From assembly GCF_009914755.1 (NCBI RefSeq), contig NC_060940.1: 64,000 bases of DNA; one strand, given 5' to 3'. Both the position numbers and the translations under genes were made by a program. Origin of the DNA: the human T2T-CHM13v2.0 reference genome, Homo sapiens. Shown here in pieces: positions 16,743 through 36,517 of the stretch (position 1 is its first letter; each line of letters begins with the position of its first letter). The notes beneath the pieces were generated by a model. That model was not told the origin of the DNA, made no database searches, and saw nothing but the letters and a program-made list of their open reading frames with translations.

Positions 16743-17475
16743 TGTATCAGTTAAGGTGTGGCTAGCTGCTATAACAAATCAGCTGCCAAGGTTTTGTGGT
16801 TTGACACCACAGAAGCTTATTTCTTTTCTTTATTATTATTTTTTTTTTGAGACAGGGTCTTGCTCTGTCGCCTAGGCTGGAATGCAGTGGCACAATCTTA
16901 GCTCACTGCAGCCTTGAACTCCTGGGCTCAAGTGATCCTCCCGCCTCTGTGTCCTGAGTAGCTGGGACTACAGGTATGTGCCACCGTGCCTGCCATTTTA
17001 AAAAATTTTTTGTAGAGATGGGGGTCTCACTGTTTTGCCCAAGCTGGTCTTGAACTCCTGGCCTCAGGCAATTTTCCCATCTCAGCCTCCCAAAGTGCTG
17101 GGATTACAGGCATGAGCCACCGAGCCTGGACCAGAATCTTACTTCTTTCTTGCACCATGGTCCTTCGAGGATCCTGTCATGAGTGACCTTCCATGTGGTG
17201 ATTCAGCGGCCCAGGCGCCTTCCATCTCATGGCTCTGCCATCTTCTCTGGCCTTGGGGAGTTTCATCTCTAGCTGGTGGTTGGGGAGGAAAGAGAGCTGA
17301 GGACTGCATGGGAACTGTTCATGGGCTGAGCCTAGAAGTAATGTACATCACTTCCACTTCCAATTCTATTCATATTCTACTGGCTGAAACTCTGAAGGAG
17401 AGGCTGGGAAATGTAGTCCAGCTACACGTTGAGGGAGAGAGTGAACAGGCTTTGGTGACCACACAGCCATCTCTG
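16743..17475 (-). mobile_element. Old MLT1 LTR interrupted by an AluJ (16826-17132, -)
   Basis: tgtatcagttaagg..gctgctataacaa; Alu TSD agaagcttatttctt/agaatcttacttctt. Confidence 0.7.
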
Positions 17476-17686
17476 CTCAGATACCCAAGGAGGCAAATAG
17501 AAGAGCCAGTCCATGCCTTCAACATGCTTGCTCCACGACCTCCCTGAGCACCTGTGGCCTCTGAGTTTATGGTCAGGGTCAACAGTGGGGGAATCTCATG
17601 CCACCAAATTCCAGGCTGGCAAGAGCCTGGAAAACCTTTTGGCTGGAGAGCCCGGGTCACCTGCTGACTTATGAAAGCAGTGAAAT

Positions 17687-17899
17687 CAGTGGTTCTCAAC
17701 CTGGGGTGACATTGTCTCCCTAGAGGACATTTGACAATGTCTGGAGGCATTTTTATTGTCACAGCTCAGGGATGCTACTGGCATCTAGTGGGTAGTGGCC
17801 AGGGGTGCTGCCAAATATCCTACAGTGAACACATAACCCCTCACAACGGAAAATCATCCAGCCCCAAATACCTATGGTGCCAAAGTGAAGAAACCCTGA
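17687..17899 (+). mobile_element. MER20
   Basis: cagtggttctcaacc..ggacatttgacaatgtctggag..gatgctactggcatctagtgggtag..gaaaccctg. Confidence 0.88.
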
Positions 17900-18499
17900 G
17901 CTAGAATGATGGGATTCTGTGGGTCCCCTGAGGTTTTTGGGGTGAGGTGGTGATCTCCACCAGGCGCCGAGAAGGGCAGGTTTGCCTGGGCTCAGAGCCA
18001 GTCAGCACCTGTTCTGCACCTGTTTGAGGCTTGTTTACTCTCCTTATGGCATTTTAACCTCTCATCATTCCCAGTGGCTTCTCTTTAACTGCCTGAGTGT
18101 GAAGAGCTCAGATCCAGAGCATGCTGAGTGAGTCCACGCTCATCTGTGCAGATTTTTCAAATGGCTTCCCTGTCTCCACCCATAAAAACGTAGGCAAACA
18201 GAAATACCTTGCTCTGCAAACAAGCCCCATCCCCCAGGTGACAGGGCCTGGGCAGATGGACTGCAGCTCAGCCCAGCTTGAGAGGGAGCGGGGAGCCCTC
18301 TTGGGAAGATGAGCAGAATATCACCTGAATGCGGTGACGTGAAGGGGTTACATGGGAAAGGGCAGTACTGATGGCTTTTTAGTATTGCTGTTATAAAAGA
18401 TATAATTTTTCCATACTATATGTATGTATATATGTGCATATATATGCATATGCATGTATGCATATTATTATTTAGATATAATTCCTATATTTTGTATAT

Positions 18500-18788
18500 T
18501 ATTTATTTATTTTTTTTTTTGAGACAGAGTCTCACTCTGTCATCCGGGCTGGAGTCCAGTGGTGCGATCTTGGCTCACTGCAACCTCTGCCTGCTGGGTT
18601 CAAGAGGCATCCCAACTAGCTGGGATTACAGGCGCCCACCAGCAAGCCCAGCTAATTTTTGTATTTTTAGTAGAATCGGGGTTTCACCATGTTGGCCAGG
18701 CTGGTCTCGAACTCTTGGCCTCAGGTGATCTGCCCGCCTCAGCCTCCTAAAGTGCTGGGATTGCAGGTGTGAGCCGCCATATCTGGCC
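18500..18788 (-). mobile_element. AluS within AT-rich low-complexity sequence
   Basis: Reverse Alu consensus. Confidence 0.92.
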
Positions 18789-19264
18789 TATAATTTATAT
18801 GTGTATATTGTATTACTATTTCTATAAATATTAGCCACCAATATATTAATAATGAATATTAATAAATTGATACCCATTAATGAATATTTGCAATATGAAT
18901 ATGTAAAAATGAATATCACTTATATATTATTCAAATATCTAGAAACTACACACACATATATTATGTGCAACCGTAAATGGGGAGAAATAAAACAAAAAGT
19001 AAAAGTCCCTAATTTCCCCTACTTAGAGCTAACCACTTGTAACATCTAGGCTCTTTCCAGGAATGTATGCACTAATATGTGTATATACGTACACATATGT
19101 GTGTGCGTGGTATGTATACGTATGTGTGTGCGTGTATATGTGCACATCTGGGTATGTGTATGTCTATATCTCTACTCTCTTTTGTTAGCATCCAAAATGT
19201 ATATGCTTTACTGCCACTTGCTCTTCTCACTTTGTACATCTTAGACAGTTTTCCAAATTAGCAC

Positions 19265-19640
19265 CTATTTATTCATTTAACAAATATTCATGAGTCCCTC
19301 TTATGAGCCAGGCACTGCGGCTATGACAGTGAGCAAATTAGACAAAAATCCCAGGTTCAGCAGGCTAATGCTTTAATGTGGGAAGACAGGCAATAAACAA
19401 AACAAATAACTGAATTTTGCAGTTGAGAGGTGATGTTGAATCCAAATGAGAAAACGGAAGCAGAGAAAGGGGGTCGTGATGCATGGGGTGAGGGTGACAG
19501 TTATTAAAGGGTGGCCAGGGGGAAGGTGACCTTTGATCCTAGCCTTTTAGGAGATCAGAGATATACCATGTGGACGTTTGTGGGAAGAGCATTCCAGCCA
19601 GAGGGAACAGCAACACAAAGGCGCTGGCAGGAGAAACAGC
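19265..19640 (-). mobile_element. L2 fragment
   Basis: attcatttaacaaatattcatgagtcc..gagccaggcactg..gaagagcattccagccagagggaacagca. Confidence 0.7.
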
Positions 19641-20364
19641 AAAGAGATCAAGTGATTGAGGTGGAGAAGTATAAAGCCCTCTCATTATTACGGCCGCATG
19701 ATATCCCATTCAGTCAATTAGTTGAAGAGTAATCTATTTGGTAGGTCTCCTGTTGGTAAACCTTGAGGTTAATCACTTTTTCTGGGCTTAGAAACATTGT
19801 TAGAGTGAGCATCCTCACCTATATCTCTGCTGATGTGTCCAAATGTACTGTGACCTAAATCCTAGCAGTGGGATGGCTGGATCAAAGCATACATGTTGGT
19901 CAATTTTGATAGATATCGTCAAATTTGCAATTTTTAAAAAAATGACACATCCTTGCCCCAAGCAACCCTCCTGTCCCGGCCTCCCAAGGTGCTGCTGGGA
20001 TTACAGGCATGAGCCACTGCAACCAGCCAGTGGCACAATTTTTACTTTGTTGTGTCTTCTTGAAGCATCCAATTGAGACAGATGACTTAGGAAAATGTTT
20101 TAGCTCAGGGAGGTCCCAACTCCTTGCCCCGCAGAAGATTCTTGTAAGAATGACATAAGCAAGCTTTGAAAATTGTTAAGTTCTGAACAACCATTTTTTA
20201 TCATCCCTCTTTACCTTTAAAATCATCTTTATTTTTAATTATGTAATAATCTCAGATTTGACTTTAGTTTTATTTTATAGTTGGCATAGACAAAGCAGTT
20301 CTAAAGGTTACTGCCTTCCAAAATCCAGTGTGTGGATTATTATTTTTGCAATGAGTGAAAAAGT

Positions 20365-22060
<1,696 letters not shown>

Positions 22061-22842
22061 CTGCGGGGATATTTTTTAAAAATGAAACAAGTGGTTGTGG
22101 GTTTAATTTGCATTTTCTCATGACTGTTGGTGTGGAACATCTTTCCAAGTGCTTTTCATGTGGAAGGTGGAAGGCATTAAAGGCAGGAGAGGGCTCTGAG
22201 CAGGATCCAGTGTGCTCATTGGTACAAAGGACCGTTGAACCTTTGTTTGGTGTTTTGGGTAGACAAAATATGAAGGTTTCAGACTCTTTGGTTCAGGCCC
22301 TGGTTGGTGTTTCTGGCCATGCATGGTCTGTTATTGGAGTCATTGGGATAACCTGGAGTCACTGGGGGCTCCATACTTTCATCCAGGTCGTCTTGTCTTG
22401 CTCACTCCCTTGTCCCCAGCAGATTCACCAAGTCCTCTTTTTGCTCTAGGATCCAACAGCCCCATACCAGCCTGCGAACTGAGTAGTCACCCAGCTCATG
22501 GTATCAGTCCTTGGATACCCTCACCTGGAAATGAACATTTCCATGGCATAAAGAAGCAAGTAAAGGCAATAAAAGTAGAATGATTGAGTTGGTTGTGTGT
22601 CTGGTTGCTTTTATTTTAAAGGCTTTGGTTTAACATTTTATTTAAAAATTTTTTAACATATTGAAAGAATTGTCCCATGAACACCCATATTTCTACCCAT
22701 CAGATTCTGTAATGAACATTTTGCTGTTTGCTTTATCACACATCTATCCAACTCTCTCTCTCGACTCATATTTTTATCATACATTTCAAAGTCAGTTGCT
22801 GATGTTAATCCCATTTCAATGTGGGGCAGACTCTCGGGGTAA

Positions 22843-23227
<385 letters not shown>

Positions 23228-23244
23228 CCATTAGTTCTTTTTTA

Positions 23245-23612
23245 AGGTGACTTTTTATTGAAGTCCAACACACATACAGAAAGGTGCATCAATTCATGAA
23301 TTTATACAAAATTAACGATCCCATGTGACCAGTACTCAGATTAAGAACCAGAAACATTCTCAGAAATTCCCTCATAGCCCATGTCAGTTACTTCCCCCTC
23401 CCCCAGGGCAGCCATCATCCTGACCTTTCCTGCCATATATTCATTTTGCCTCTTTTTGACCTTTATGTAAATGGGATCACACCCCTTCCTTCATTCAGCA
23501 TTATCTTCGTGAAATTTGTGTCATTGTGTGTAGTTGTCATTTTTCTATTCACATTTTGAGGATAATAGTGTTTCAGAGTGTCACTATACCACAATTTACA
23601 TATCCATTCTAG
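23245..23612 (-). mobile_element. L1ME-type 3' fragment
   Basis: tttattgaagt..acatacagaaaggtgca..accagtactcagattaagaaccagaaacatt. Confidence 0.65.
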
Positions 23613-24439
23613 TAATAGGGTGATTTTTAAAACATGCTAGAATTTGCCCATCAAAACAGGTGGCATTTCTTTCAGAGCATAATTTGGGATGCCGCATATG
23701 CCAAGAGCTGAGGTTAGGAGTTGCAACTCACTCATAAAAGGTCATCAGGACCCGAATTCAAATCCCGCTCTACCACTGGACCACAGGCTGGGTCCCAGGT
23801 GGGCCTCCTCCTGTCACTGGGATTTGACACCTTGTCTTGCACAAGGATTCCAGACACATGCCACATTAACCCACAGTATAGGTTAAGGAATAGACTCTGT
23901 TGGGGAATAAGGAAAAGGCCTGTAGGACAGGCATTGGCAAGAAAGGAAGAAGCTTGAATTCCCTCTCCGTAACCACCATCCTTTGGAGAGATGCTGCAGG
24001 TCTGTGGTGTGTGTCTGAGTTCTAGGGCCAGGACTTTGTGCCCACCATCCCACCATTTTATAGCGCAAGCGTGAGCAGGCAACCTTGTCAGTGGGGGCAG
24101 GTGGGTTAGCACCAGTGACCAGAGACCTTAGGGCCCATGGGAAGTGACAGCTTCCTCTTCCCAGGGGAGGAAGCCACCAGGGTGGGAGGAAAGCTGGTCC
24201 CAGACAGTTCGTGGTCCAGATGTTTCGCCTAAGCTCCTAGAGCCTCTTTTGGACAATTCTGCTCATTGTACTTACACCCTGAGCCTCCATCTATTTCTCT
24301 GGAAAGTGGGAGCATCTCACAACCTTCTTCCTAGACTGCTGTGAGGGTGGAAAGGGATTGCGCATACACAGGGCCACACGGTCTCTACATGTGGCCTATT
24401 GATCTTTAAGGGATGTTACCGCTGTTCAAAACATGTTTG

Positions 24440-24693
24440 AGCTGAGTGTAGTGGCTCACACCTGTAATCCCAGCACTTTGGGAGGCCGAGGCAGGCAGAT
24501 CATTTGAGGTCAGGAGTTCGAGAGCAGCCTGGCTAACATGGCAAAACCCCGTCTCCACTAAAAATACAAAAATTAGCTGGAGGTGCTTGCTTGAACCCAG
24601 GAGGCGGAAGTTGCAGTGAGCTGACATCATGCCACTGCACTCCAGCCTGGGCGACAGAGCAAAACTGTCTCAAAACAAAACAAAACAAAAAAA
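24440..24693 (+). mobile_element. AluS with a right-arm deletion
   Basis: aattagctggaggtgcttgcttgaaccc junction; TSD catgtttgag. Confidence 0.9.
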
Positions 24694-24757
24694 CCATGTT
24701 TGAGACGTCTTTTTGAAATGACCTCAAGAAACTGCCCCACATTGAAAGAAAACATAA

Positions 24758-25198
<441 letters not shown>

Positions 25199-25367
25199 TA
25201 ACTTGAGGTCATGGAAAGCTGAATGGTTCATCTAGATTAAGCTCAGCAGCACCTTAAAAAAATTAGAAATGAAGCATCATTCTAAAGAAATGAGGCTGAT
25301 TTCTTTGGATGTTTTGAAGAGGATTCTATTCCTCAACTTAATGTTTGCATGAGGCACTTACCCTAAG

Positions 25368-25710
25368 CCAGTGAATCTCAAACCCGGCTACACATTAGGG
25401 TCACTGGGAAAACTTTAAAAAGCTGGGATGGATGTTTGGGTGCCACCTCCAGAGACTGTGTCAATTGGCCAGGAAGATCCCCTCCCCCATCACTATAGTC
25501 TAAAAAGCTCCCTAGGTGGTTATGTGTAGTCCTGCTAAACTCCAGCGTGCATCAGAATCACCCAGAGATTTGTTAAAACAGACTGCTGAGCCCCTGCCCA
25601 AGAGTTTCTGATTCAGTATAGCTGTGTGGGCTTGAGAATTCGCATTTCTAACAGGTTTCCAGGTGATGCTGCTACTGCTGGTGTGGAGACCACACTTCGG
25701 GAACCACTGC
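25368..25710. mobile_element. Two MER5-family MITEs
   Basis: cagtgaatctcaaacccggctacacattag; gcatcagaatcacc..gcatttctaacag..gaccacacttcgggaaccactg. Confidence 0.72.
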
Positions 25711-25721
25711 TTTAGACAGAC

Positions 25722-26823
<1,102 letters not shown>

Positions 26824-27926
26824 CACCACAGGCACCACCCTCTGCAACTCCCTGAGTGAGTCTGCTGGACAGGCTTCACCTTGCAGGGACAAAACCTGCA
26901 CAGTTATGATCAGAGAGTTTTAAATCAAGAAGAGGAAATAGTAGGATCGGGCCCCTTTCTACAACCCAGCTAAGCCACCAGTCAACTCATATTTTGATTC
27001 TGCATCTAAGCTGACTGCACATGAGATTCACTCGGGGAGCATTTGAAAACCAGTGCCACCCAGGCCCCCAACCCCAAACCAATCAACAGAATCTCTTGGG
27101 GGTAAAGCTGGGCACTGACAGGGGAAGATCTGATTTATTATCCCCTAAAGACAAAAATGAAATTGGAAGATCACAACATAACATTCTAATGATATCACCA
27201 CACTTGCTCAGGTGCTCATGGTGAACCTGGAATTTGATTCCAGACCTTCTGCAGGCCTTACCTCATCCCCAAAGCTCATGACGTAGATGAAATATTGTAA
27301 ATAGCTCTGTAGACAGTTTGCAGTGTACATCTTCCCCCAAGCGATGCCAGCTTCTCTGAAACAAATGTAGAGAGGACCCTCAGTCAGATGTATACATTTT
27401 TGGTTGTTCATGTCAAAACAAGCACGTTGCTTTATAGTGACACCTTTAAGTGTGCTTCCTTCTAGTCGGTGTGATTCACACATGGATCTGAAAGTGATTC
27501 TTCAACCCATATGTCATCTTCAGTGCAGGCTCCATGTGGCTCAATCTCCACACTGAGGCATAAAGAAAGGGGTCCCACAGCCCCAAAGGAATTTTAAAAG
27601 AAATTTCAACCTTGACTTTCATCTCTTGAGGAAGGAGAAAGAGATCTCATTCATAAGCCAAAGCAGCATTTCTCCGTGGTTTCTCCTCCACTCCCCCGTT
27701 TCTCTCCCCTTAAATTCGCTCTAAATTTGTTTTCTGTGCTGAGCTCCCAAGCTCTGTCTAGCTCAGTGGAGGTGACCTTCCTCCCACCTGCTCCTGAGTC
27801 TCCCAGCTCCTTTACCCTGTGAATCTGCCATAGTCTTTTGAATCTCAATGGCTTTCCTTTGGTTGGGAGAGGGGAGGCTTCGGTTTTAATGAAGGGAACT
27901 CCCATCGTTGCTGCTTTTCCCTTAAG

Positions 27927-28135
27927 GCAGAGGTTTTCTACCTCCACACTTACACTGATATTTGGGGCTGGATTATTCTTCACTGTAGGGCCTGTCCTGT
28001 GCATTGTAGGATGGGGGGCAGCATCCCTGAGCTCTACCCGCTAGAGGCCAGCAGCACCCCTCCCTCCAAGACATGACAATCAAAAATGCCTCCAGATTGT
28101 GGGGTAAAATTGGCCCCTGTTGAAAACAAATGCAT
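27927..28135 (-). mobile_element. MER20
   Basis: tttggggctggattattct..ctgtcctgtgcattgtaggat..ctctacccgctagaggccag. Confidence 0.8.
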
Positions 28136-28146
28136 TAAAAAATTCA

Positions 28147-28428
28147 GGCCAGGCACGGTGGCTCACACCTGTAATCCAACACTTTGGGAGGCTGAGGAGA
28201 GTAAGATTGCTTGAAGCCAGGAGTCCAAGATCAGCCTGGACAACATAGCAAGACCCCATGTCTAAAAAAAAAATTAATTAGCTGGGCGTGGTGAGGTGCC
28301 CCTGTAGTCCCAGCTACTCAGGAACCTGAGCCAGGAGGATCACTTGAGCCCAGGAGGTTGAGGCTGCAGTGAGCTATAATCATGCCACGCCACTGCACTC
28401 CACTGTACTCTCTTAAAATAAAAATTAA
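28147..28428 (+). mobile_element. AluJ
   Basis: Dimeric Alu with a shortened 3' end. Confidence 0.88.
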
Positions 28429-29060
28429 ATAATTCGTTCTAAGCCAATATTGCCTGCAGACCAGGACAAAGAGGGCTTCTACCTTGGGCCTCATGCTGTA
28501 AATGGGAGGAGGCAAGAAATTCATGGAGTGAGGAGTCCAGGCATCAAGGAGCCCACATCTTCCTTGCTAGATCATCTCCACATACTGGGATCCCAGAATT
28601 TCCCACCCAAACAGCCCAAGCCTATTTCCAGGATCTGCTCAAGGCTGGTCTAGGTCAGTCCCCAGGACGATGCATCATGCTATCAGTGTGTGCCCTCTAG
28701 GCTCAAGGAAATAATAAAATAGAGGTAATCATAGTACAAACCTCATAGATTTGTTGTGCGGATTAAATTTGTGTACTGAAATCCACAGGACAGGGCTGGT
28801 ATGTGATAAGCACTATAGAACTGTTGGGTGCTATCATTGTATTTTTCATAGCAACAGTCTTTAATATAGGACATCTTCCCTCCTTATCTGCTGCTTGACT
28901 GAACAGGCAGCCACTCATTCAAAAGTCAGAGCCAATCCTGACCATGCTGGACCCTAGAGAGATGGCGAGAAGGGCCTCAACATGGCGCCTTTATGAGGAT
29001 TTTCACGGGACTTTCCAGGGCCATTCTGACTGTTGGCCTTTTCCCTTATATGCTGGTTGA

Positions 29061-29590
<530 letters not shown>

Positions 29591-30877
29591 TGAGCACTCA
29601 ACCTCTTAACTTCTCCGAGCCTCAAATTCCCCATCTGCAAAATGGCAATAAAAATAGGGCTGTGATATGGATTTAAGTTTAAAAAAGAAAAACAACAACA
29701 TATATAAAGTGCTTTTCTCAGTTCGTAGTACACAGACCTCAAGATTTGCTGTTACTGATTTTTAATTATTATAATAAAGTTAACTGAATCGTCATTATGA
29801 CTGTTGGAAGGAAAAACATGAAAAAAAAGTTCTGTCCCAGCAGCTGCTGTGAATCACGAAGTGAGCCAGAAAAGCTTGAAAAACATCACCCTTAAGTCAT
29901 GGATGAAACTTCTTAGAACCAAAGAAATGTCATAGCTAAAAAAGAACTCAAAATCTACATATACCCGCTCATTGTATAAAGGGGGAAACTGAGGCCCAGG
30001 GAAGGGATATGATGTACCTTGTTTTGCAAAAAAAAAAAAAAAGAAAAACCTGAAAAAGCTTCTAGGTTTCTGAAAGAAGAAAAAAAAGAGAGTGCTCCAG
30101 TGAGAAGAGGTTTTGCAAAAGTTGGAAAGACAATGAGGACCACCTGTGTTGCAGTGTGTCAGAGCTGCCCTGTAGGAAGAAAGAAAAGGGGAAGAAGCAG
30201 GCCTGTGTAGACTGCGTTATGTCTCCTCCAACAGTTAAGCTAACTCATGAACACCCTGATGATGGGCTGTGGGGACCTCTCGGCCATGAGGAAGTAGGCA
30301 GGACTATGAAACAGCCCAGGGTGGTCTTGCTGGCTTTGTGCATTTTTTCTTTTCAGGAATAGGGGAACATCTTAACCCAGCATCAAAGAGGTAGATCGCC
30401 GGGTACAGTGATGAGGTTTCGGGGTGCCAGCCATAATCTGGGGGTGTCCCTGCACTGTGCTGTCAGACTCAGAGTTGCATATGGGAGCAGTGAGAGCCTA
30501 GGGCACAAATGAGAGTCCTTCATTACCTTGTGAACCAAATATGCAAAATGAGAAGCTGTTGAGTCTGCTCCCATTGGTAAAGATGTTTTTTTTTTTCCTT
30601 TTAATTTGCAGTGTTTATTACACCCACATTCTAAGTCATCCAGCTTCCCTTCCAGAACCGTCTGCCTTGGCAAACTAAATTAGCGACCAAATAATTTAGC
30701 TCCTATGGTGAGGAACAAATTCGTTTTTACAGCAAATATCAACAGGTGAAAGCCTCAGTTTGTCCCTGACTCCTTCAGGGTACTTAGGTTTTGACTGGAG
30801 CAGTGAGTGATCTCCCTTCACCCTCTAGAACTCACTCTTCTCAGCTGTAAAATGAGCCAGTGAAAGCAACTGCCTTA

Positions 30878-31443
30878 AAGCACTTCTCAAATGTGGGAGG
30901 TGGGGGGCGGGAAGGGTGGCAATTGTGTCCCCAGGGTACATCTGGCAATGTCTAGAGATACTTTTGGCAGTCACAAGGGAGATAGAGGAGGCCAGGCATG
31001 GTGGCTCACGTCTGTAACCCCAGCACATCAGGAGGCTGAGGCAGGCGAATCACCTGAGGTCAGGTGTTCGAGACCAGCCTGGCCAACATGGTGAAACCCC
31101 GTCTCTACTAAAAAACACAAAAATTAGCCAGGCATGGTGGTGCATACCTGTAGTCCCAGCTACTCAGGAGGCTGAGGCAGGAGAATCACTTCAACCCGGG
31201 AGGCGGAGGTTGCAGTGAGCTGAGATCATACCACTGCGCTCCAGCCTGGGCGACAGAGCAAGACTCCATCTCAAAAATAAAATAAAATAAAATAACAGAA
31301 ACAGGGGAGATGGAGGAATTGCTACTGATATTTAGTGTGAGATGATAGGAGCTACCAAGCATTTTAGAGTGCCTAGGACAGCACCGCAAAACACAGAATG
31401 ATCTGGCCCATAATGTCAGCAGTATCAAGGGTGAGAAACCCTG
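30878..31443 (+). mobile_element. MER20 interrupted by an AluS (30990-31295, +)
   Basis: tggcaatgtctagagatacttttgg..; TSD aagggagatagagga/aggggagatggagga; ends gagaaaccctg. Confidence 0.8.
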
Positions 31444-32405
31444 CTCTGGAGGCTTGATGTGATGATTAAATGAGTCAATCCACTGACGTCCTTAGCCCTG
31501 GCCCTAATACACAGTAGGTGCTTAATAAACTGATCTTTATCCCAGGCTCCTTCAAAGCCTGATCTTTGAGCCCTGGTGGATGCCTCCTACCACACTTTTG
31601 TTTCCTGGTTGTGTTTCCCCAACTTGAATTGCTATGATACGGTGGAAATAGATATGTTGATAACTCTACAGGTAAGTTGGGTCTCAAATTCCTAAAAGTG
31701 GAATAGGCAGGGTGTGTCCATGCATTGTCTGAAGAAGGGAACTGGACTTCTGGGTACTTGCCTGTCCCCAGAGGGTAGCCTTAGGGTGCTGGAGATTAAG
31801 CGAAATCGGAAGAGAAAACATTAGAGCAAGGTACCGTGCAAGGTGTTACTCTATAGTCATTGGAGGAGGAGAACTAAAAGCATTTTGTGAGAGTAAAGTT
31901 TCCACTTACTGATCCCTTTCCCCATAAGCTTTAAACAAGGCTTAACATTTTTTAACTGTGTTTGCTACCAAAATTCCCATACTTCCTTTGATCCATTCAG
32001 CAGGCATCCTAATGGATTCATGATCATAATTATAAAAATAAATGATCACACTGCAAATAGCCGCCAGCCCTGTGAAGGAGGAAAATGTTATTTGCCTCTT
32101 CACCAAATGGTTCCATTCTATTGTAGTTTTTTGAGTTCTTGTATCTGTCTGGTACTCACAATCCACTATATTAAGTTACTCCAGATGGGAAAACCAGATG
32201 ACTGAGTTTATTTGAATTATGTCTAAATCCATGAGCATTAAATAGGTTCTTAGAGAAAGCCCTCTTCATGGATTTTGTACATAGACTTGTGACATCAATT
32301 CTGAATGTTTTGATTTTTTTTTTTTTTCTTGCCACACTCCAGATTATACAGGTTGTTGAGAAATTGCTTCCAGATGACTAGGGTACACTTAGAGTGTGTA
32401 CATTT

Positions 32406-33341
<936 letters not shown>

Positions 33342-33632
33342 ATATCCAGAAATATATTAGTGACTACATTTAAAAGCGTCCCCCATAACCATCAGTAGAA
33401 ATATTTGGTGGAGGTACTTTACAACAAAATTTTTAGTTATGGATGTTTCTAAAGAGAAGGAATTTAGGAATGTGGTTATAAGGAATTGGCTTCATTCACA
33501 GGTTATTCAAATACTGCAAATTTTATCACCAATTAGCTATGTGACTTGGTTTCCTTACCTATAACATGGAGAGGGCTGGGTTATCTGACCCACTGTCCCT
33601 AAGCCCCTTTCTGGATTCCACATGTCTAGTCT

Positions 33633-33807
<175 letters not shown>

Positions 33808-34179
33808 TAGAATTTACAGTGATGGCAATCTTGATATTCTCCCAGGCAACTTTCTAATAGAAGTTATTACTTATCTTCAGCTTCACTTTATTATAATTTG
33901 CATTTTAAATTTTTTTAAGACTGTTAAGATTGCCATAACTTTACCAAGTGATTTGCAATTTACACTGCCTGCTAATTAACTCAGATGGCCATGGCAGGAA
34001 CTGCCTCCCATCAGAAAGGCTGAATCACTCAAGCGCTCCCACCTTTCAAGGGCCAAGTGATTCACCAGCCAAGTTACTTTACAAATTGGGATGAGGAGCA
34101 TAGGATATTAGACTTCCTTTTAGTTTTCATCCTTTCTGGTGATTTAGTTGTGGATTCTCTAACAGTGACTTATTTTTCC

Positions 34180-34515
34180 TTTGTTTTCTTTCCAAAATAA
34201 TATGTACTTTCTGTAAGAAGTTCAAACTGTACATACTTATTGATACAGAAAGTGGACATTTTCCTCTGTTTCCCCCTTCCCAGAGAGAGCCACTCTGAAC
34301 AGTGGTGAACATCCATATTGTTTTCTTCAGGTATATTAACATTCTTTTTAACAAAAAGATTGTGCTTACATATACTGTTTTGTAATGTGCTTTTGTCTCC
34401 TAGCAATATGTGTTGGAGATTTTTCCATTTCATATAGATAAGTCTGTCTCATTTTTAATGGCAACATGGATTTCCGTGGTATTATTATCTCAGAAGTTAT
34501 TTAATTCATTTCCTC
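34180..34515 (-). mobile_element. L1ME-type 3' fragment
   Basis: catatactgttttgtaatgtgcttt..caatatgtgttggagatttttccat. Confidence 0.55.
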
Positions 34516-34669
34516 CAGTCTTATTCTAGGTACCTCCCAAAGACAAACTTAGTGACATGAGCTCAAGTAGGCTACTAGGAGGTGACCTCAGGAAGCTTGA
34601 ATAAGGGAATGGCAAATAAGACAGGAAAAGGAGGAAAACAAATCAAGGATGTTTGGCGAGTGGATATCT

Positions 34670-35500
34670 GCAGTATAGGGGGTCTTCAAAATCACCCTCA
34701 GGTCCAATGATTCACCACAGAACTTGGAAAAACTGTTATTCTCATGGTTACAGTTTATTACAGAAAAAGCATACAGACCAAAATCAGCAAAGTGAAAGAT
34801 TGCTGCTATGGTCTGAATGTTTTGTTCCCCCAAAATTCTTATGTTGAATCCTAATTCCCATGTGGGAGGTGATTAGACCATGAAGGCTCTGTCCTCATGA
34901 ATGGGGTTGGTGCCCTTATAACAGAAACCCAAGAGAACTGTCTTGCTGCTTCTATTGCATGAGAAGGCACCACCTATGAAGGAGAGCAAGCCCTCACCAG
35001 ACACTGAATCTGCTGGTACCTTGATCTGGGACTTCCTAGCTTCTGGAACCATTAGGAAATAAATTCCTGTTGTTTATAAGCCTCCCTGTTTATGGTAATT
35101 TGTTATAGCAGCCCAGCAGACTAAGAAAGGGGAAAGAGTCCTCTTTGTCATAGGAAAAAGTCCAAGAGAGACCAGATGCAAGCTTCCAGTTGTTCTCCTC
35201 AACTGGAGTTATACGAGCAGTGCCTAATTCTCCTTGCAAGGATGTGTGACAACACACTTAGGGTATTGCCACCCAAGAAGACTCACCTGAGCCTTGGTGT
35301 CCAGCATAGTTAGAGGACGTTGGTCATATAGTCATGGCTGACCATCTAGGTAGCTGAGCCTCCTTGCAGAGGTAGCTTGCAGAGGTCCAGCTAATGTTGA
35401 GTGGCCCAAGGTCCTCACCATAAATCACAGTTAGCACAGACAAGCTGGCATGGCTCAGGCAGGAAGCTGCAGGTGCTTGAGGAAGGACACTATCTATAGA
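34670..35500. mobile_element. MER21/MER68-like LTR interrupted by an MLT1A/MST LTR (~34804-35127, +)
   Basis: accctcaggtccaatgattcacc..catggttacagtttattaca; the insert begins tgctatggtctgaatg and ends gactaaga. Confidence 0.6.
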
Positions 35501-35661
35501 AACCATGAGTAGCCTCCAAGGTGGGCTGAGGGGTAGGCAGGGCACCAACAGCCCCAGCTACACTCCCTCAGGGACAGTCTTGCCATTTCCCGTTTTTCAT
35601 TCTTATAAACAATGCCCTGGTGCAGGGGTCAGCAAACTTTTCTATAAGGAGTCAGATAATC

Positions 35662-36461
<800 letters not shown>

Positions 36462-36517
36462 AGACAGATAGCAGATATGTGAGGCTTTGAGAGCCACATG
36501 GCCTCCAAATTATTCAG

